A stretch of 64,000 nt of DNA, from the NCBI RefSeq assembly GCF_036971445.1, contig NC_091476.1, positions 102,858,001-102,922,000 of the forward strand, written 5' to 3'. This document shows, in pieces, positions 43,401 to 64,000 of the stretch. This DNA comes from Narcine bancroftii. Lineage: Eukaryota. Numbering within the stretch: the first letter of the stretch is position 1; every line of letters begins with the position of its first letter. The position numbers were made by a program, and so were the translations under genes. The notes beneath the pieces were generated by a model. That model saw nothing but the letters and a program-made list of their open reading frames with translations, did not search any database and was not told the origin of the DNA.

Positions 43401-43886
43401 GCCACTGACAAGCAAGGTTATGATGCTTCAATATCCCATCAAAATGCCTTTAAATATTTCACTAATTACAAAAGATTTTCAATTTGTGGGATGATGGCCT
43501 TGCAATCTTTCCATCACAGCTTGGTTCCAGTCAAATCCTGATGAAACACAACAGATATACTGTAGCATAACGTAATACAATAAAGTTATTCTTTCATTGT
43601 TAATCAGCTTGCATTTCATATCGAGTTGATCCTGGCTGCCTCAGTGCCTCCTTGGTCACCTGACCTCTCTTGCTCCAATCAGCTTCTGGCTCTATGAGCT
43701 AAGCAGTTTTGAGTTCTCATTTTTAGATAGTAACTATACAATTAGATTGAATAAAGCAGCCACCGAGTTTTTCCATCCTTACAACATATAGTATTTGTAA
43801 TTTTAGCAACGAAACATACAATACGACTCTTCTCATTACCTGTTCTGCAAGTCACCCCATGTTTTCTCAGTTTTATAAGTTGCCAT
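25430..43886 (-). CDS. Uncharacterised multi-exon gene (~306 aa, acidic and probably helical C-terminal half), complete copy
   Basis: Phase-compatible exons with AG/GT boundaries: 43886-43840 ([15 protein letters not shown]), 41296-41156 ([17 protein letters not shown]...), 37402-37310 ([26 protein letters not shown]...), 33393-33201 (QTSQ...[21 protein letters not shown]...PQI), 32112-31978 ([12 protein letters not shown]...QQVEK), tentative 31411-31346, 30047-29975 ([11 protein letters not shown]...DRVLD), 29460-29366 ([11 protein letters not shown]...KAFTDV), 25507-25430 ([25 protein letters not shown]). The 3' exons are better supported than the 5' ones. Confidence 0.7.
26989..27417. mobile_element. 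hAT/Charlie-like MITE
   Basis: Ends TAATGATTCCCAAA / TTTGGGAACCACTG; 8-bp TSD CATCAAAC (26981) / CATCAAAT (27418). Confidence 0.65.
27466..28214 (-). mobile_element. Solo-LTR-like element, same family as 15721
   Basis: TGTTACA...CTGTCACA ends; reverse-complement similarity to 16290-16779. Confidence 0.7.
29136..29250 (-). pseudogene. 5S rRNA-derived sequence (pseudogene or 5S-SINE head)
   Basis: CAGCACTTGGTGTTCTTAGGCGGTCTCCCCTCCAAGTACTGACCA...CTTAGCTTCCAAGATCAGAC is a diverged reverse complement of 5S rRNA. Confidence 0.75.
34374..37113 (+). mobile_element. CR1-clade LINE (duplicated copy)
   Basis: Copy of 3781-6520. Confidence 0.93.
38454..41023 (-). mobile_element. Rex1/Babar-like LINE (duplicated copy)
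   Basis: Copy of 7861-10430. Confidence 0.6.
39688..40553. mobile_element. Penelope-like inverted fragment (duplicated copy)
   Basis: Copy of 9095-9960. Confidence 0.75.
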
Positions 43887-44455
43887 GAGTCAAGATTTCA
43901 GAGTTGAAACAAAATCAGATGAACTGAATGAAGGACAGTAGACAGCATGGAGTGCACTTGCTAAAACCATCATTTTGGGCGGGACCCCACCGTTTGACTG
44001 ATCTTCATTTGTGATGTGGCACTTTCTTGAAACAAAGCACACTCTGTCAAGCGATTGATTAAGGTTTAGCGGTTCCAGGATCCTATCCTTGCTGCAATGT
44101 TCATCTTGCGCAATAAACTTCAAAGCAAGATGATATGATCAGTTTAAACCCACACCAATCAGCAAAGCACCGTTAATATGGTCAAACATCCTTAGTCGCT
44201 TCACGGTCATGCAATCGGATGGACCGTGGTCTTCAACGCACCTCGCTCCAATTCCTGCCCTTCGGCCCAAAGCGACTGCCTCGCTCAGTAAAAGGCCGTG
44301 GCCGCTCTGTCCAATGCAACAGCGTTGAGAAGAACTGTTAAATAATCAATATATTCATTGTCGAGGTGCGTCCGCTGGCAACGGGAATCTATCTCTCCTC
44401 TTTCTCTTTGGTTTCACCGAAAGCCCTTCCGCCCCGTTCCCTCGGGCGGCCTCCC

Positions 44456-44498
44456 GTTACCATGGCGACGCCCTCTCTTCCCCCGGTTTCCCGGCAAC
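44456..44498. promoter_or_regulatory. Two RFX X-box motifs in the CpG-rich promoter of the minus-strand gene
   Basis: GTTACCATGGCGAC (44456-44469) and GTTTCCCGGCAAC (44486-44498) resemble the X-box consensus GTTGCCATGGCAAC. Confidence 0.6.
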
Positions 44499-45709
44499 CC
44501 TCCACGGTCCGAGTTCCCGTCTCTTTTCCTTCTGATGCTATTTCCCCCCCCCCCCCCCCCCCCCCGGGTTCCTTTCTGGGTTGAAAGGTTTTTTTTAAAA
44601 AAATCAATACAAACTCTTAAGATACCTGGATGAGGGGGTCTAGACCAAGACATTGGTTATCTTTGCTGGATAAAGTACTAGCCGAGTTTCTCCGGCAATC
44701 TTATCATTTTGGGGTGTTTCTTTTTTCCTTCCTATTTGTAAGATCTTTGCAGGGTTCATCAACTAAATTCCCAATCTCTTAGATTGTCTTGGAGCCTTTG
44801 GAAATTAAATATTAATTTGCAATACGCCCTTGTCGGTAAAATCCCAGCAGGGAATATTTAGGGAATTGGACATTTCTTCTAAATTGTTACTTAATCTTTC
44901 ATTTTATTGGAGTTGGGAAGTTGCTGGTGGTACTGATCCCGAACAAGCTCGAAAATTCCCCCATCACCCTCACTTTGGGCAGTCAAATCAAAGCGATGGC
45001 GCAGAGTGATGGACTGGAGCGGCTTCTCCGGTCGCGCTACTAAAGTAAGGCACACACGTGCCAGACTGACTTGATTCAGAGTTCACAATCTTCTTTTATA
45101 CCCCGCAGGTCTCGGGCTCCACGGGACAGCGCTACTAGAGTGCTTGAAATTAATCCTTGTGAGTGCCCCGCGCCTGCTGGTAGGATACTTAGCAGGGCAA
45201 CGCGCCGTTCTCCAGCACGCAGTACCGCTCCGTGAGGTGAGTGAGTATTCACCTGTTTGCATTGTTGTTCCGCGCCTGCGCACTCGCTCGGCGCGCGACA
45301 TCACTCCCATTGAGCCCAAGGCTTGTGGCCTTTTTGAGTTCCTCATCCACTTTGTGTTGCTGACCAACCTACTGAACAGGTTGAAGAAGAGATGACACTT
45401 GATCCCAGATTGGGTCAAGGACAAAAAGGATTGTAAATCTGTATCTTAAAGTGCTTTAAACTTTTGAGTTCAGCCACTATTTAATAAATAAGTTTAAAAA
45501 CTCAAATGATCCAATCAGAAGTCAGTCATCATCTTAAATGTACGCATGCGCAGCGTAGGAATCAGGACGTGACCTGATAAGAAAATGGCGGCATTAGGGA
45601 AACTATGCTGGCAGTAAAGAGGAAAGACCTTTAATTTCCATACTCTTTTGCACTCAGAAAACCAGAGATTTAGCCTGCTTTTCTTTGAGTGAAGCTCCAA
45701 ATTGGAGCC

Positions 45710-63675
<17,966 letters not shown>

Positions 63676-64000
63676 TGCAATGTATTTATCCTAGTGTGTT
63701 GTTTAGGCATAATATAAGTAACCAAAGGTAGCAGACAGTATTCCTTTCCTGTGCCTTATATATCATTTGCTTCTGTAAACCTTCAGTTTATCATCCTCTT
63801 GCCTTCTAAGCTGCCTCTAATCTAATTCATCTGTTGGCTGGTATCCTGGTTTTTTTAATATGGAAACCATTCCAGTCCTGCTATGACTTGGTACATCTTT
63901 CTGTCTCTTTCAATGCAATACACGGTGGGATTTTTAAAAAAAACAAAGTTACAGTATAAAATGGGTTTGTACAAAGGTATATTTGAAATTGGTTATTTTA

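Larger units (their letters stand above)
30594..44542 (+). repeat. Direct segmental/tandem duplication, right copy
   Basis: Matches 1-13949; ends immediately before a poly-C run. Confidence 0.97.

Noticed and set aside
44456-44463. GCCATG|GTAACG on the minus strand as an ATG-only first exon
   Set aside because: I found no downstream phase-0 exon continuing the frame; the sequence is more simply explained as the X-box palindrome. Not fully excluded.
63900-63965. HMBS poly(A) signal
   Set aside because: Only variant hexamers (AATACA, TATAAA) are present near the window edge, so it cannot be called.

Overview
Vertebrate (not prokaryotic) genomic DNA, AT-rich and transposon-dense. The repeat complement (CR1, L1/Tx1, Rex/Babar, Penelope, HE1/V-SINE-like, solo LTRs) suggests a cartilaginous fish; this is an inference. 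The right third holds a complete, intact HMBS (porphobilinogen deaminase) gene on + with 14 coding exons (45710-63675, 357 aa). It has a housekeeping CpG promoter, a candidate erythroid alternative promoter and first exon in intron 1, and a U12-type intron with a non-consensus donor. Head-to-head with HMBS on - is an unrecognised multi-exon gene (~306 aa, ATG 43886, stop 25430) that I assembled from phase-compatible exons; its promoter carries RFX X-box motifs. Bases 1-13949 are a near-identical direct copy of 30594-44542 (offset 30,593 bp), so this gene appears tandemly duplicated, or the assembly contains a false duplication. Most ORFs in the supplied track are retroelement remnants or noise. 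I found no CRISPR array, tRNA or prokaryotic-type system.
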